Shown here one piece after another: positions 25,250-36,559 of a DNA stretch of 52,595 bases. The notes beneath the pieces are model-generated. The model made no database searches. It saw only the letters and a list, made by a program, of their open reading frames with translations, and was not told the DNA's origin. Within the stretch, counting starts at the first letter, position 1, and every line of letters begins with the position of its first letter. The position numbers and the translations under genes were made by a program. The DNA is from Spirogloea muscicola (lineage: Eukaryota), in NCBI GenBank assembly GCA_009602725.1, contig WELB01000021.1, forward strand, positions 1,002,634 to 1,055,228, read 5' to 3'.

Positions 25250-26165
25250 GACGCACCGCTGCCTCGTCAGAGATGCGCTGTTCGGCATTTTTCAGGAGGT
25301 GGGGTACACCGTCGCTCTGGATAATACATCCGTTATGCCCATCATCCGGATGGAGTGCACACTCGCCGTGTGGACTTGGTTGCGTCCACGGTGGGCGGCG
25401 GCCTGCGCGTCATCGCCGATGTGGTCACCACCGATGTGGTAAATCTCGCCAATCCGGGGCTTTCTGCCTCGAGGGCTGGCCATGCACCGGCGATTGCCGC
25501 TTGCTGCAAGGCGGCAAAGTATGCAGGCCACCCGGCTGGAAACGAGTTCGTACCCCTGGCCGTGGATGTGCACGGGGCTCTCGGGTCCGCGTGGCTCGAC
25601 CTGCTGGCCAGTCTTGCGCGGCGCGCTGTGTCCCGCAGGCGAGGTGAGCCGGCTGACTTCAACGCCGCTGGCTCGTGGGCCCAGGTCTATCACATGCGTC
25701 TGTCAATCTCCATCCAGCGGTCCATGGCCCACGCCTTGCATCTGCGTGCTGGCCGTGCTCTTGCTGCAAGCTCTGGCTTTCGTCAGGGAGACAGTTTTCC
25801 GGCTGCTAGTCTGTCGGATTGGGGGCTCGTCACTCGTAGCTACAGAGTGGTCCATCCTACACCCGTTCTGACATTAGTGCTTTCGGCCCCTCTGTCATTT
25901 TGGCCCTTTCGAGCCTGTGTCCTCCCCCGTTCTGCCACAGCCTCTTCAGGCCCCTTAGTAGCTGCTTAGCTCGTAGCCCCCTTAGCCAGCTCATTACCCA
26001 GTTAAGAGGACATTTGTAAGGCTAGAATTGGCCTCCCTTTCAATTTCATGCGCACCGCGCGCCTTCTCTTAGCTCGTAGTTTGGCCCATTCGAACCTCGT
26101 CAATATTTGCGGGCTGGCTTCTCACAGCCCTTGCCCCCATTTGGAGAGCCACTTCTCTCGTCTCT
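25250..26165 (+). mobile_element. 5'-truncated family B2 element whose 3' UTR is overwritten by a B1 3' fragment that itself carries a family E insert
   Basis: ORF 25355 HTRRVDLVAS..IADVVTT..KYAGHP..FVPLAVDVHGALG. 25918-26155 matches 34150-34290. Insert at 25977-26067. Confidence 0.9.
25977..26067 (+). mobile_element. ~90-bp family E 3' UTR insert with TSD CTTAGCTCGTAG
   Basis: Same unit as 46382-46476 and 49341-49440. Direct repeat at 25965-25976 and 26068-26079; the uninterrupted target is seen at 34197-34208. Confidence 0.9.
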
Positions 26166-26559
26166 CAGAAGAGCCCCTTTCTTCCGAGAAGCAGCCAATG
26201 CCAAACATGGGAATGAAGCTGCTGGGAAGCGGGCAGGGGAGGTTAGGAAGGCGCCCGCCATCACTCGCGCCTCCCGGTATCCCCGATCCCCTCCCTCCGG
26301 CCTCCCCTCCTCAAAGCCGTAGTGAGGCAGGCCCAGACCAGTCCCTCACCTGCGCCCGCGGCACCTCAGCTCGCCCGCCGCTGCCCCCTCGCCCGCTTCC
26401 CTTTGGCTCTTTGCACCACGAGCCGTGCATTGGCCGTGATCGAGGCCTCGCCCCCACCGCACGCCTCTCTCTTCTTCCCCCCGCTGGCGCGCGCGCGCCA
26501 GTGACATGGTCTGGACGGTTCTCGGCTTCACCCTCCTTCTCCCGGTATGGCCTCTCTGG

Positions 26560-27620
26560 CACTAATCAATTGCTCATAGCTCCATTGCTCGTCGCACAAG
26601 TCGCTCCATCCTCTAGCTGCCAAATTGTCTTCCTGGTGGTGTATGAATGCTTGTCGAGCCCGGTCAACCTGTGGGCCCCTCCTTCCGCATACCAGAGGAC
26701 AGACATTGTAGTAGGCCAAGAGAGACGACCAGCATCCGGGGTGGCGGTGCAAATGTAACATCTGTCTTTGAATCCTCTGGCAGGGCTTCTACATAAGCAG
26801 CACACTTCTGAAAGCATGGCATCTCCGCAGAACTGCCCGAGCGACAGCCACACATCTTCAAAGTGACCTCCTGATGCTTCTGGAGTGCTGGAGGCCCACA
26901 TTGGCAAGTACGGCACTGCATCTAGAACCTCCGACACTCGTGGTTCTGTCCTCCTTCTTGGATAGCATCACTGCTGCTAGCAACGCATGTGACACCGTGC
27001 TCCAGGTGACAATGTAAAAGTAGCCTCGTTGACCCAGCCTTGTTGACCCGTCCCGAGCATGCTGGCGCCCCTGCCTTACACTGGCTTCCTTGACTTCAGA
27101 AGCTATCACGATCTTTTGGGATAATCGTCAATAGATTGTGAACGACTGTCTGTTTCTAGTCCAGTGGGCTCTGTTGTAGATCATCGTCTATTCCACCTAG
27201 TCCTGGTACAAGCCGATTTGAGTTACTTCTGCCATGAACAAAAGTTAGGTGCTAGGCGTCCTAGGCTTGCTCCTTGTGGTCGAGCTTTCTCAAGTAGTGC
27301 TGCCTGCTCTTGTTTGAGATGTCACGCTCTGCATGGGTACTTGCTTGCTGCGACCGGGCATTGGGCCGATGATAGGACATGTGGCATGACCTGCTCCATC
27401 ACATCTACCTGGCTGCAGGCCTGGTTTCCAACTCGCCGCACCTTGAGGCATTTGGATGCTGCTGAGCTGGTCTTACTGAGGTGTCACCTGCATTTGATCT
27501 TCGTGCTTCAGCATCAAGTACAGAGCACTGACCTAGATTCTATTAAGCCTCTGCACTGGTCAGACAGTCTGCGGCAGGCATCTTGGGAACCTCCCGCTGA
27601 TTGAGGAATCCTGACATCCT
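26560..27620 (+). pseudogene. decayed copy U3 of the unidentified family (inverted duplicate of U1)
   Basis: LLKAWHLRRTARATATHLQSDLL..CDTVLQVTM*, VLGLLLVVELSQ, WLQAWFP, IKYRA. Confidence 0.55.
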
Positions 27621-27819
27621 GTTAGCACTTGTGCATTGCATATCAATGATGCCGTTTCTGTGCAGTGCATGATAGCATTCACAGCTCACAACCACTCATA
27701 CTGTACGCCAAGTGTATAGGCTGGCCACTTTAGGTGAAGCTTGGACCGTATAGATTGCATCGCCAAGGTGCATCTCTGGAAGTAATGAATAGTGTTTTAT
27801 TTTGCACTTGTTTGGAGCT

Positions 27820-28945
27820 CATCAGTTTGTGCCAGCAAGAAGGCCTATGATATCCGCAAGGAGGACCAAGTAGATCTGAGTCGCATTTGAAAATCCATCC
27901 ATCTATCTCAGTGCGATATGGTCAAGCATGCAGGGTCTTTGAGTAGCTTCAAGGACCATAACGTTTGTATCAAAGGGAGTCAGCCAACGCCTGCATCCTC
28001 CATCCAAGCCTCACATTACTCGATCGAGAGCTTCAGTCTGGCAAGAGCGTGGTCAAGACCTACTCACCATCTCTTCGGGCTGCTGCAGTCACTGATGCAG
28101 CTCCTGCTGCTGCAGCAATGCCCATGTCATCAAGGACCTTCACATGCATCGGCACCTCATCGAGGGCCTGCCCATGCAGCTCATGCATCCCATCGTGCGC
28201 TTGGAGCGATCCTGCTGTGCCGGGTGTTAAATCACGTCAGTCATGCAGCCTCTTCTTCATTGAGATCTGCCGCAGGCATGTTGACCGGCTTTGAGATCCA
28301 TAGTGGTCAGAAGTCATGGGGCACTAGCAGTGGAGTGGCAGGACTTGCATTCATGCAGTGGTGGTGGCGACTTGGAGATGGAGGCAGCATGGGGCTGAAC
28401 CTGGTCATCCTCAGAAGATGAACCATAGAGCTAACCATTACAACCACGAGCTGTTGTGACTTGCCGCTCTTGTGGTAAGACAGGTCCCATGAAATGAGAT
28501 TGCATTGCCTTGTATCAGGCGGTTGGAGCGACTTGAACAATAAGAACAATCCGCTCGGATTCTTATTGCGAAAGGTCTCTTTATGTCGAATTGCAATGCT
28601 GGATGAATAACCCAGATAAATTATCTGCTCAGCTCCAGGAATCTTCTTCTACTCACTTCACGAGAAAGGAAGAATCTCGGTTCGACAGACTGCAGAAGGA
28701 CCTGGACCAGCCGTAAAAGATTTAGCTAGCTGTCAAGCTGATGCCATCAACAAAGCTAAAGTGGCTGCAATTGCTACTTCTCGGGCAGGAAGGCAAGATG
28801 AAATTAAGCAATTTGCAGTGATGTCTGACTCCAAGCAGGGTGCTCAACCGTCGAAGTACGACTACACACACCTTGCTTCAATTGTTGCTACAATCTCTAA
28901 TTGTTTTGACACGAATATATTCCCGGCACGGGGTGACGCTCGATC
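27820..28945 (+). pseudogene. second copy of the copia-like gag relic (knuckle degenerate)
   Basis: Inverted duplicate of 860-1950; SYCERSLYVELQCW at ~28560-28605. Confidence 0.55.
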
Positions 28946-28976
28946 ACAGCAGCGCAGGGCGCGCGCCTCTGCAATC

Positions 28977-31900
28977 AGAGAAGTGCGCGCCCATAGAGAA
29001 GAGGGGCTGGCAAAGCCAGCCCAAAAAAGATTGGACAATGTCCAAAGCCAAAGAAAGAGGAGCCGGAAAAAGGACTACACTACAAAACACTGCAGAACAC
29101 ATAGACGACGCAGAGGGAAGCTCAGTACCCATGAGTGAGCAACATCAGGTCTGAGTAGCTCGCTGCAGGGAAAGAGGCACTCCGCCGAGACCCAGAGGCG
29201 GCGGCCATAGCACGGCCTGCGCGCGTGTGGACGGGGTGGGCAAGGGAGCGTTGAAGCGATACGGCCAGGCGCATGCGGAAGATTTGTGCGAGCGAACCGG
29301 CGGCGTTGAAGCCGGGCATCGCCCCTGGCAGACCCGACCACCGGTCCATGGCCTGGCGGGCAAGCCGCTGAATGCGGTGCAGCCAGCGGCTGCCAAAAGC
29401 CCCATGTACATCCATCGCCAGGGCAGCAAATTCATCCCCCACCGGGTGATCAGCATATTTTCGCTCCTTGCCCCGGGCCGCCTGGCCGACCGCGTGCCCT
29501 GCAAACGACGCCGATCTGGTGGGATAGGCGGAGTCGATGCAGTCAGTTGTAACCACATCAGCGATGATGCGGGGACCGCCGCCGGGCGAGATGGCGACCA
29601 GGTCGGCGCGTCGCATATGGGGCTGGCCGTCCGCGCCCAGCTGGATGGGCATTATGGAGGAGTTCTCCACCGTGACCTCTAAGCCAGCCTCCGAAAACAC
29701 CCCCTGCATACCACCTCGCAGGAGGTCGTGGGAAGCGGTCCGCTCGCCCCCGTGCGCGCAACGGAGCATGTGGGCAGCCATCTCCGCAGGTTCAGCGTGA
29801 CGGGCACCGCACTCGCACTGAGTGACGCCCGCGAGGCAGGGAGGGAGGAGGCCCAAGAGCTGGTGGACCGCCGTCCTGAAGACCTCATCGGGCATGAAGA
29901 GCGCCGCGTGGAGTGGGAGCGCTGATAACCATGCCGCCGCCCCAGAGGAGGAGGCTGAGAGCAGCCGGGCGCGCCCTCGAAGGTCGGACGGAGGGAGAAG
30001 CTCCACCACCTGGGCAGAGGCCGCTTTTCCAACCAGCGGCGAGAAGCGTGCCTGGGCACGCTGGTCATGGATGTGGGCGAGGTGGATGAAAGGGACGGCC
30101 TGCTCCGACATGTTGGGTTGGACTGCCAGGAGCCCGTCGCGGGCAGAGCGGAAGGCAACCTGAAAGGGCAGCTGACCGATCTCCACTTCAGCCGCCGCCC
30201 GCTCCAGGGCGCGCTGGCCGTGAACGAGGAACCTCTGGCACATGGGGGCTGCCACCTGAGCCCAGCTACCCATGTAGGCCGCCTCGCAGGCGCGGGCAAC
30301 TGAGCGGCATCCCAAGCCGCTACGGCTGGTCGGCAGGCTAGCCTGCAGCATCGCAGCTGGTGAGGTGAGGAACGCAGGGTGCTGCACGAGGGTGGCCGCG
30401 GACGCCAGGATACCGGTGTCAAAAGCCGCATACGCTGCCCTCACCGTCGATGAGGGGGAATGGTGCGGGCCAGATAGTGTGGCCGCTGGGCAATGCACCG
30501 TGTCAGCATCGCGGTCGCCAGCTGCATGTTCTGCAGCGTCTGCAGACGGTCCGCCGGCCGGAGGCGTTCCTGCAGCCGCGCCTGCAGCTGCTCCGTCTGC
30601 GCCTAGGGGGACGCTGAGGAGGGTGAGGCCCCCGGCTGGTGTCTGGCAACCCTCGGGCAGGCGCAGATGGGCTGGCAGGCCCTGAGGGGACCAGGCGCTG
30701 CATTTGTCCGCCTGAATGTCCAGGCCGATCGCGTTCAGCTGCACTTGGAGGGTGTCAAAGGCAGCTGCGACATCCTCTGGCTTCCCCACCAGCGTGGTGT
30801 CATCAGCGTATGTCGGCACGAGGATGCCGGCGTGAACCGCGACCGTTGCCTGGAGCGCACGGTGATGTGCCAGCGCATAGTAGAACCCCGCCAGTGGATC
30901 CCCTTGGCGCGCGCCCCTGGTGGAGTGGAGGGTCTCCAATGCATCACCCCCGCCCGCCACTGCAGCTCGCATGGCTGACCGTACCCCAGCCTGAAGAAGG
31001 GTAGAAGGCTGCGGAAGGCCTCTCTCAGCTCCTCCGCGATGGCATCAAGATCAACGCTGTTGAAGGCGTTGCGGACGTCGACCGCCATGCCACCCATTCG
31101 GGATGCAGGTCCAGGGCGGCCCGTACGCCGTGCACGACCGTCTCACGGCCGCTCCGCAGCCCCGCACCAGACTGTTGGGGCGCCAGGTGTGCCTGGGCCT
31201 GCCCTGCGTGCTGTTGCCAAAGCGCGCGCCCCACCAGGCGGTAGAGCACCTCACCAATGGCGATGGGCCTGACCCCCCCACCGGCCTTGCTGAGCGCCAG
31301 CAGTGTACTGGTGCACAGGATGCCGCGAATGCTGGCCGGGACCTGGTCGTGAGTGAGGAGCTGGCACACCTGGTGGAGCGCCTGGAAGTCAGCCGGGTCG
31401 CCCTCCAGGAAGATTTCCCGGAGATGCTCGGTGAGCATGTGGGAAGGACCTCCCGCGGCCGGGCGGCGGTTGCTCTGCAGGGCCCTCCGCAGGGCGTCGG
31501 CTTCGAGGACCACCTCCTCCGGCGGTGCGAAGGTGGCCAGCCACGGGGGCAGGGGGTGGCGAGCCGCAGGGTGCAGGACTCCAGGGCCGCCCTTGTGGCA
31601 GCATTGGTGGGCGCCAGCACCGCGTCGTCCAGGGCCTGGACCGCCCTTGACAACTCGCCCGCGTGACCGAAGCGCAGAGCCCGGCAGACATTGGCGCCCC
31701 TGTCTGGGGCGGCCCGCACGTCACCTCGATTCGCCACCGATGCCGCCACCGCTGCGTCATGGCGTGCCAGAAGCTTCTCCCAATGGCCGCTCTCGAACAA
31801 TCGGACGCGCTCCAAAAGGGGCTGCTGGCCCTGCCAGCAGCCGTCGTGGGGGGCACTGCCGAGCAGTAGCTGGGGGAAGAGGAGAAACTGCTTCCAAGCC

Positions 31901-33640
31901 GCCTTGTCCCGGTGGTCCCTGGCAATCCGCTGCATCGCCGGGCGGAGCGCGCGGCGAATGTGCGGGCGCACCCCGCGGGGCACATGGCGGAGGAGCGGGA
32001 GGGCCGCCTGGCGGTGGATGGCAGCGAGGTCGAGGCCGGCCAGCCACTGCCAGTGTTGAGGTGTGGGAGGGGTTGGCGCGGGAGGGACAGGCCTGCCTGG
32101 TCTGCCCCCGCGGCCGCCCGCAGCTGCTGCACTCCGCACCTGCGCCGCACGGTTGTTGTTGAGTGCGCAGGAGCGCTCGTGGTTGGCCCGGCCTGACCGC
32201 GTGGTGAAGGTCGTCTGGCAGTGCTGGCACAGCAGGGGGTCGGGCGAGGAGGTGGGGGCGAGGGCGGTGGGGCTGGTGCGCTCGGTGGAGGCGGATGTGA
32301 GGGCGGCGTCGAGGGCGGCAACGGTGGGGGGCAGGGCGGCTCGAGAGGCGGGATGGTGGATGGCTGGGAAGGCAGAAGCGCAGACTGGGGAAGCGGCGGC
32401 GAGGTCGAGGCGGGTGGCTGGCTCGGCGGAGGTGGACTCTGGGGTGGCGGTGGCGGCGGCGCCGGCGCCGGTGGTGACGGCGGCAGCGGCGGCAGCGACG
32501 GCGGTGGGGACGGCGGCCCTGCTGCCACGGGAGGCGCACTCACGGGGATATCAGGGGCAGCATCACGCCCAGGGGACAAGGCACCCTGCGGAGACACCGG
32601 CTTCACCTCGGGGGGGCCTTCACATCTCGAGGGCTGAGTCGATAAAGCAGGTGCCCGTTGCTTCTCACGGGCGGGAGGCGATACATGCTCCTCCATGGTC
32701 TGCTCCTGAGGTGAGGCTGCCAGGACCGTGGCGATGGGGCCGCAAGCCGCGACGGCCGCATCGGCTGGCTGGCACGGCGAAGGTGGACTCTGTGGCGGCG
32801 GTGGCGGCGTCGGCGGCTGCGGAGATGGCGTCGGCGGCGGTGGTGACGGCGGTGGTGACGGCGGCCCTGGGGCGGGAGGCGATATATCCTACTCCGGAAT
32901 CTGTTCCTGAAGTGCGGCTGCCGAGACAGTGGTGTTGGGGTTGCAGGCTGCGGCGGCCGCATCGGGCGTCGAGCCAGCGGGGCTGGGATACCCCTTGCAG
33001 TGTTTCCGGTGCGAGGAGACACCGCGGGGAGTAGCGGAATCTCGCGGACAGGTTGGGCACGGCACGCGCGCGGACGCCACAGGCGGGGAAGAGGCAGCGG
33101 GATAGATGGGGGGGGGCGCAGGTGGGGGCGATGGCGCTGGGAGGGGGAAAGGCGGAGGGAACGGCGGCGGAGGTGGCGTGGTGGCGGCATGGAAGGCGGA
33201 GAAGGCGAGGAACCGCTGCGCCCAAGCGAACTTGGCCGGGGGAAGATCGGGGCTCCGGCTCCGAAGGCGGCGCCGAGAACGCGCGGGTGGGGCGACGGCA
33301 GGCGGCGCGGCAGCGGCGGGAGCGACGATGGCAGCGGNAGCCGGCGAAGGCGCCGGCGGCGGCTCGGGGTTTAGGAGGGGGTGGCGGCGGCGGCGGCGGC
33401 GCCCTCGACCTAGGGGGTCGCTGGCTGGACCTCCTGCAGCGGCTTGCCAACGGCTTCCCGGCGTTTTCGGCCAAGGCAAATGTTGCTTGCGGCAGATTGG
33501 CTCACGGTGCGCCGCGATGGCTCGCTGTTTGGGCCCAGCTGGGCCAGGGGCGCCCTATGCCGCGCCAATGGTGCCGCCCCCCAGGGTCGTTTGCTGCTGA
33601 CACACGGCCTCCGGTCGCCGGCTCCTGGCACTAGCTTTCC
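28977..33640 (-). mobile_element. near-full-length CRE-clade-like non-LTR retrotransposon, family A
   Basis: 5' module, Pro-rich N-terminus with two C2HC-type fingers, RT, CCHC, restriction-like endonuclease, ~145-nt 3' UTR with hairpins, and CTT tail. An empty site exists in the duplicated block at 826-831. Confidence 0.93.
29122..33479 (-). pseudogene. single long ORF (zinc fingers-RT-CCHC-RLE) broken by several frameshifts and a stop
   Basis: RT motifs GGPS..EHL, LALSKAGGGVRPIAIGEVLYRL, VDVRNAFNSV, GARQGDPL, YADD (30799-30810) and GLDIQADKC. Then LPTSRSGLG, AWLSALP, CECG..HMLRC..HD and RRADLV..IADVVTT..KERKY..LAMDVHG. Frameshifts near 32240, 31580, 31090, 30950, 30595 and 30455; stop at 32889. 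Confidence 0.92.
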
Positions 33641-33645
33641 TGACG

Positions 33646-34293
33646 GACGGACTCCACACGCGCCGCGTCGACCTGGTGGCGTCCACGACGGGCGGTGGCG
33701 GGCGCATCATTGCCGATGTGGTCACCACTGATGTGGTCGACCGCTCCAACCCCGGGCTTTCTGCCTCGCGGGCTGGCCACGCTGCGGCAAAGGCCGCTCG
33801 CAGCAAGGCGGCCAAACACGCCGACCACCCGGCTGCCGACGAGTTCGTCCCCCTGGCTGTGGACGTGCATGGGGCTCTCGGATCCCACTGGCTCGACCTG
33901 TTGGCCAGGCTTGCACGGCGCGCTGTGTCCCGCAGGCGCGGTGAGCCGGCTGACTTCAACGCCGCTGGCTCGTGGGCTCAGGTGTATCGTATGCGCGTGT
34001 CCGTCTCCCTCCAGCGGTCCATGGCCCACGCCTTGCATCTGCGTGCTGGCCGTGCTCTCGCTGCGGCCTCCGGCTTTCGTCAGGGGGATAGTTTATCGGC
34101 AGCTAGTCTGTCGGATGTGAGGCTCCTCACTCGTAACTACTAAGTGGTCCATCCTCTCCCGTTCTGCCATAGCCTCTTCAGGCCCCGCAGTCGCTGCTTA
34201 GCTCGTAGTTTGGCCCCTTCGAACCTTGTCAATTCTTTTCGGGCTGGCTTCTCACAGCCCTTGCCCCCATTGGGAGAGCCACTTCTTCTTTTC
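33646..34293 (+). mobile_element. 5'-truncated family B element (endonuclease + 3' UTR)
   Basis: DGLHTRRVDLVAS..IADVVTT..LLTRNY* (stop 34141-34143), then the hairpin terminus and ttcttcttttct. Near-identical to 51555-52197(-). Confidence 0.93.
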
Positions 34294-34294
34294 T

Positions 34295-34880
34295 GAGGAG
34301 AAGAAAGCTCGGCCAGATTGACCGGTGGCTGTGAGAGGCCAGCCCGAAGGAATGGACAAGGACTTTTTTTTCACTATTAGAAGCTTGAAGCTTGAGAGAA
34401 GTGCTCGCCCATAGAGAAGAGGGGCTGACAAAGCCAGCCCAAAACGAATAGAAATATCTAAATCCAAATAAGGTGCCGAAAAAGGAAACAACACAACTAG
34501 ACACGAGACGATGCTGAAGAAAATTTCGTGTATTTGAAACAAACGAAGGCCAAATGGCCACATACATAGCCAAGCATATCTGAAGACCTACATGACCTAC
34601 AGCAGATTGACCCGCTCAATAACCACGGGTCAGAATATAGAGGTGGCTAACTGATGCCTGAATACTAGATAGGAAGGAAGCTATGTACCCACGCGTGAGC
34701 AACAGCAAGTCTGAGTAACTCGAAGCTGGGAATGAGGCACTCCGCCGAGACCCAGACGCAGCAGCCATAGCATGGGCGTTCATGGAGGCGGGCTTTAAGG
34801 TGGCTGTGGAAATAGCTGCCCATCCCGCTGGGCGCGGACGGCCAGCCCCATACTCGACGTGCCGACCTGGTCGCCATCAG
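34295..34880 (-). mobile_element. stack of minus-strand 3' fragments (D-type, A-type, deleted A-type)
   Basis: Termini at 34300-34360 and 34395-34520. 34675-34770 matches the A-family C-terminus; 34775-34880 matches an internal A endonuclease piece in opposite orientation. Confidence 0.75.
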
Positions 34881-35794
34881 AGAGCAAGCGCGGCCAGATT
34901 AACTGGTGGCTGGGAGAGGCCAGCCCAAAGGAATGGACAAGGGCTGAAGGAGTCGGAGTGCTAAGGAATGAGATAGCAGTAAGCGAACTCTCAGTAACCT
35001 CTCGTCAGTAGATGCAAATCTGAATAGCTAGCAGGCGGAAAGACGTCGCCCTGACGGAAGCCGGAGGCCGCCGCCAGAGCGCAGCCTGCGCGCAAGTGGA
35101 CCGCAAAAGCTAGGGACCGCTGCGAAGAGACGGCCAGGCGCATCCGGAAGACTTGGGCGAGGGACCCGGCGACATGGAAGCCAGGCTGCTCGCCCTGCTG
35201 CCCGTGGCGGCGGGCCGCTGCTCGCCGCGCAAGGCGGTGAAGTAGGTCAAGCCATTTGGCGCCAAAGGCGCCGTGTACGTCGACGGCGAGTGGGATAGAC
35301 TCGTCGCCTACCGGGTGATCCGAGTACTTGCGCTCCTTTGTGTCGGCCGCTTGGCGGACGGCGTAGCCCGCCTCCTCCGCCGAGCGTGTAGCGCTCCTGG
35401 AATCCAAGGAGTCCGTTGTGACGACGTCGGCAATGAGCCGAGGCCCCCCGCCGAGCGCGCTAGCGACGAGATCGGCGCGCCGGGTGTGGAGGCGGCCGTC
35501 TTCCCCAGCAGTCAGAGGCATGATGCTGGAGTTCTCCAGCGCCACAGTGTAACCGGCTTCGACAAATATGCCGAACATCGCGTTCCGGAGCAGGTCGTGT
35601 GTGCCGGTCCGCTCCCCTCCCCGTGCGCACCGGAGCATATGGGTGGCCAGTGACGCCGCGTCCGGGCTGCGATCGCCGCACTCGCATTGTTGTACTCCAC
35701 TTAGGCATGGTGGGCGGAGGCCGAGTAGGCGGTGCACCGCCGTACGGAATGCGTCGTCCGGCATCCGAAGCGCGTCGTGGATCGGCAGAGCAGA
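34880..35794 (-). mobile_element. 5'-truncated family D element (CCHC + endonuclease intact)
   Basis: ORF 34991-35794 SALPIHD..CECG..HMLRC..HD..RRADLV..IADVVTT..KERKY..SYSDLHLLTRGY*. Confidence 0.92.
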
Positions 35795-35795
35795 T

Positions 35796-36507
35796 TCGCA
35801 GGCTCCCACAACCTCCTACGTGACGCCATGTATGGCATCGTCAAGGAGGCGGGATATCAAGTGGCGTTGGAGAGCACCGGGGTGATGCCCGTCCAGCTCC
35901 GCAACGGGTCCCTCGGACGCGGCGTGTCGATCTGGTCGGCGTCCCCCTGGGAGGTGGCAAGCGGCTTCTCATGGACGTCGTCCTAACCGACAGCTTCCGG
36001 ACGAAGGGCCCCGTAACTTCTGAGACCGGCTATGCCGTGAAGGTGGCCGAACAGAAGAAGTTGCACAAGTACAAGGACCACCCGGCGGGTGATACCTTTT
36101 ACCCCCTGGCCATGGACCTCCATGGGTGTTACGGGGGTCGGTGGTCCTCGTTACTTTCGCTGCTGGCATCTCAAGCTGACCAGCGGCGCCGGGAACAGGG
36201 TGCAGCCCTTCCCGGTGGCTCGGTGCCTTTTGGGTCTTGTGTCCTGCTACCGTATGCGTTTGTCTATGTCTCTACAGCGTTCCCAAGCGCTTGCTTTGCA
36301 TCGACTCGCTGGTCGTGCCCTTGCAGCAGCCTCTGGCTTGCGCAGCGGGGTTGCTCTTCCTCCCCTCAGCTCATCTGACTTCCTACTGCTGACACGGGGT
36401 TACTAAGAGCGCCCTGGCTGTCTAGCCTGTGGCTCCGTCATGAACACCTGTATGCATCTGGCTGGCTTTCACAGCCGCTCTTTTAATATCAGCAGCCGCT
36501 TCCTCCT
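35796..36507 (+). mobile_element. 5'-truncated family C element, frameshifted
   Basis: HNLLRDAMYG..RRVDLV..LMDVVLT..KKLHKYKDHP..LAMDLHG..LLLTRGY* (stop 36404-36406). Confidence 0.92.
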
Positions 36508-36559
36508 GCGCTGGGACACTCAGGCCCTCCCTCACTCACTATCGGGCTCCATTCCCCCA

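Noticed and set aside
30600..31500. RT as a bacterial retron, group II intron or DGR enzyme
   Set aside because: The downstream CCHC plus restriction-like endonuclease, 5'-truncated copies and TSDs indicate a non-LTR retrotransposon.
34241..34285. Resemblance of GGGCUGGCUUCUC...GGGAGAGCCAC to the ends of the antigenomic HDV ribozyme
   Set aside because: There is no room for P3/L3, P1.1, P4 or the catalytic J4/2. At most it is an alternative pairing or simple pseudoknot, and it sits at the 3' end.
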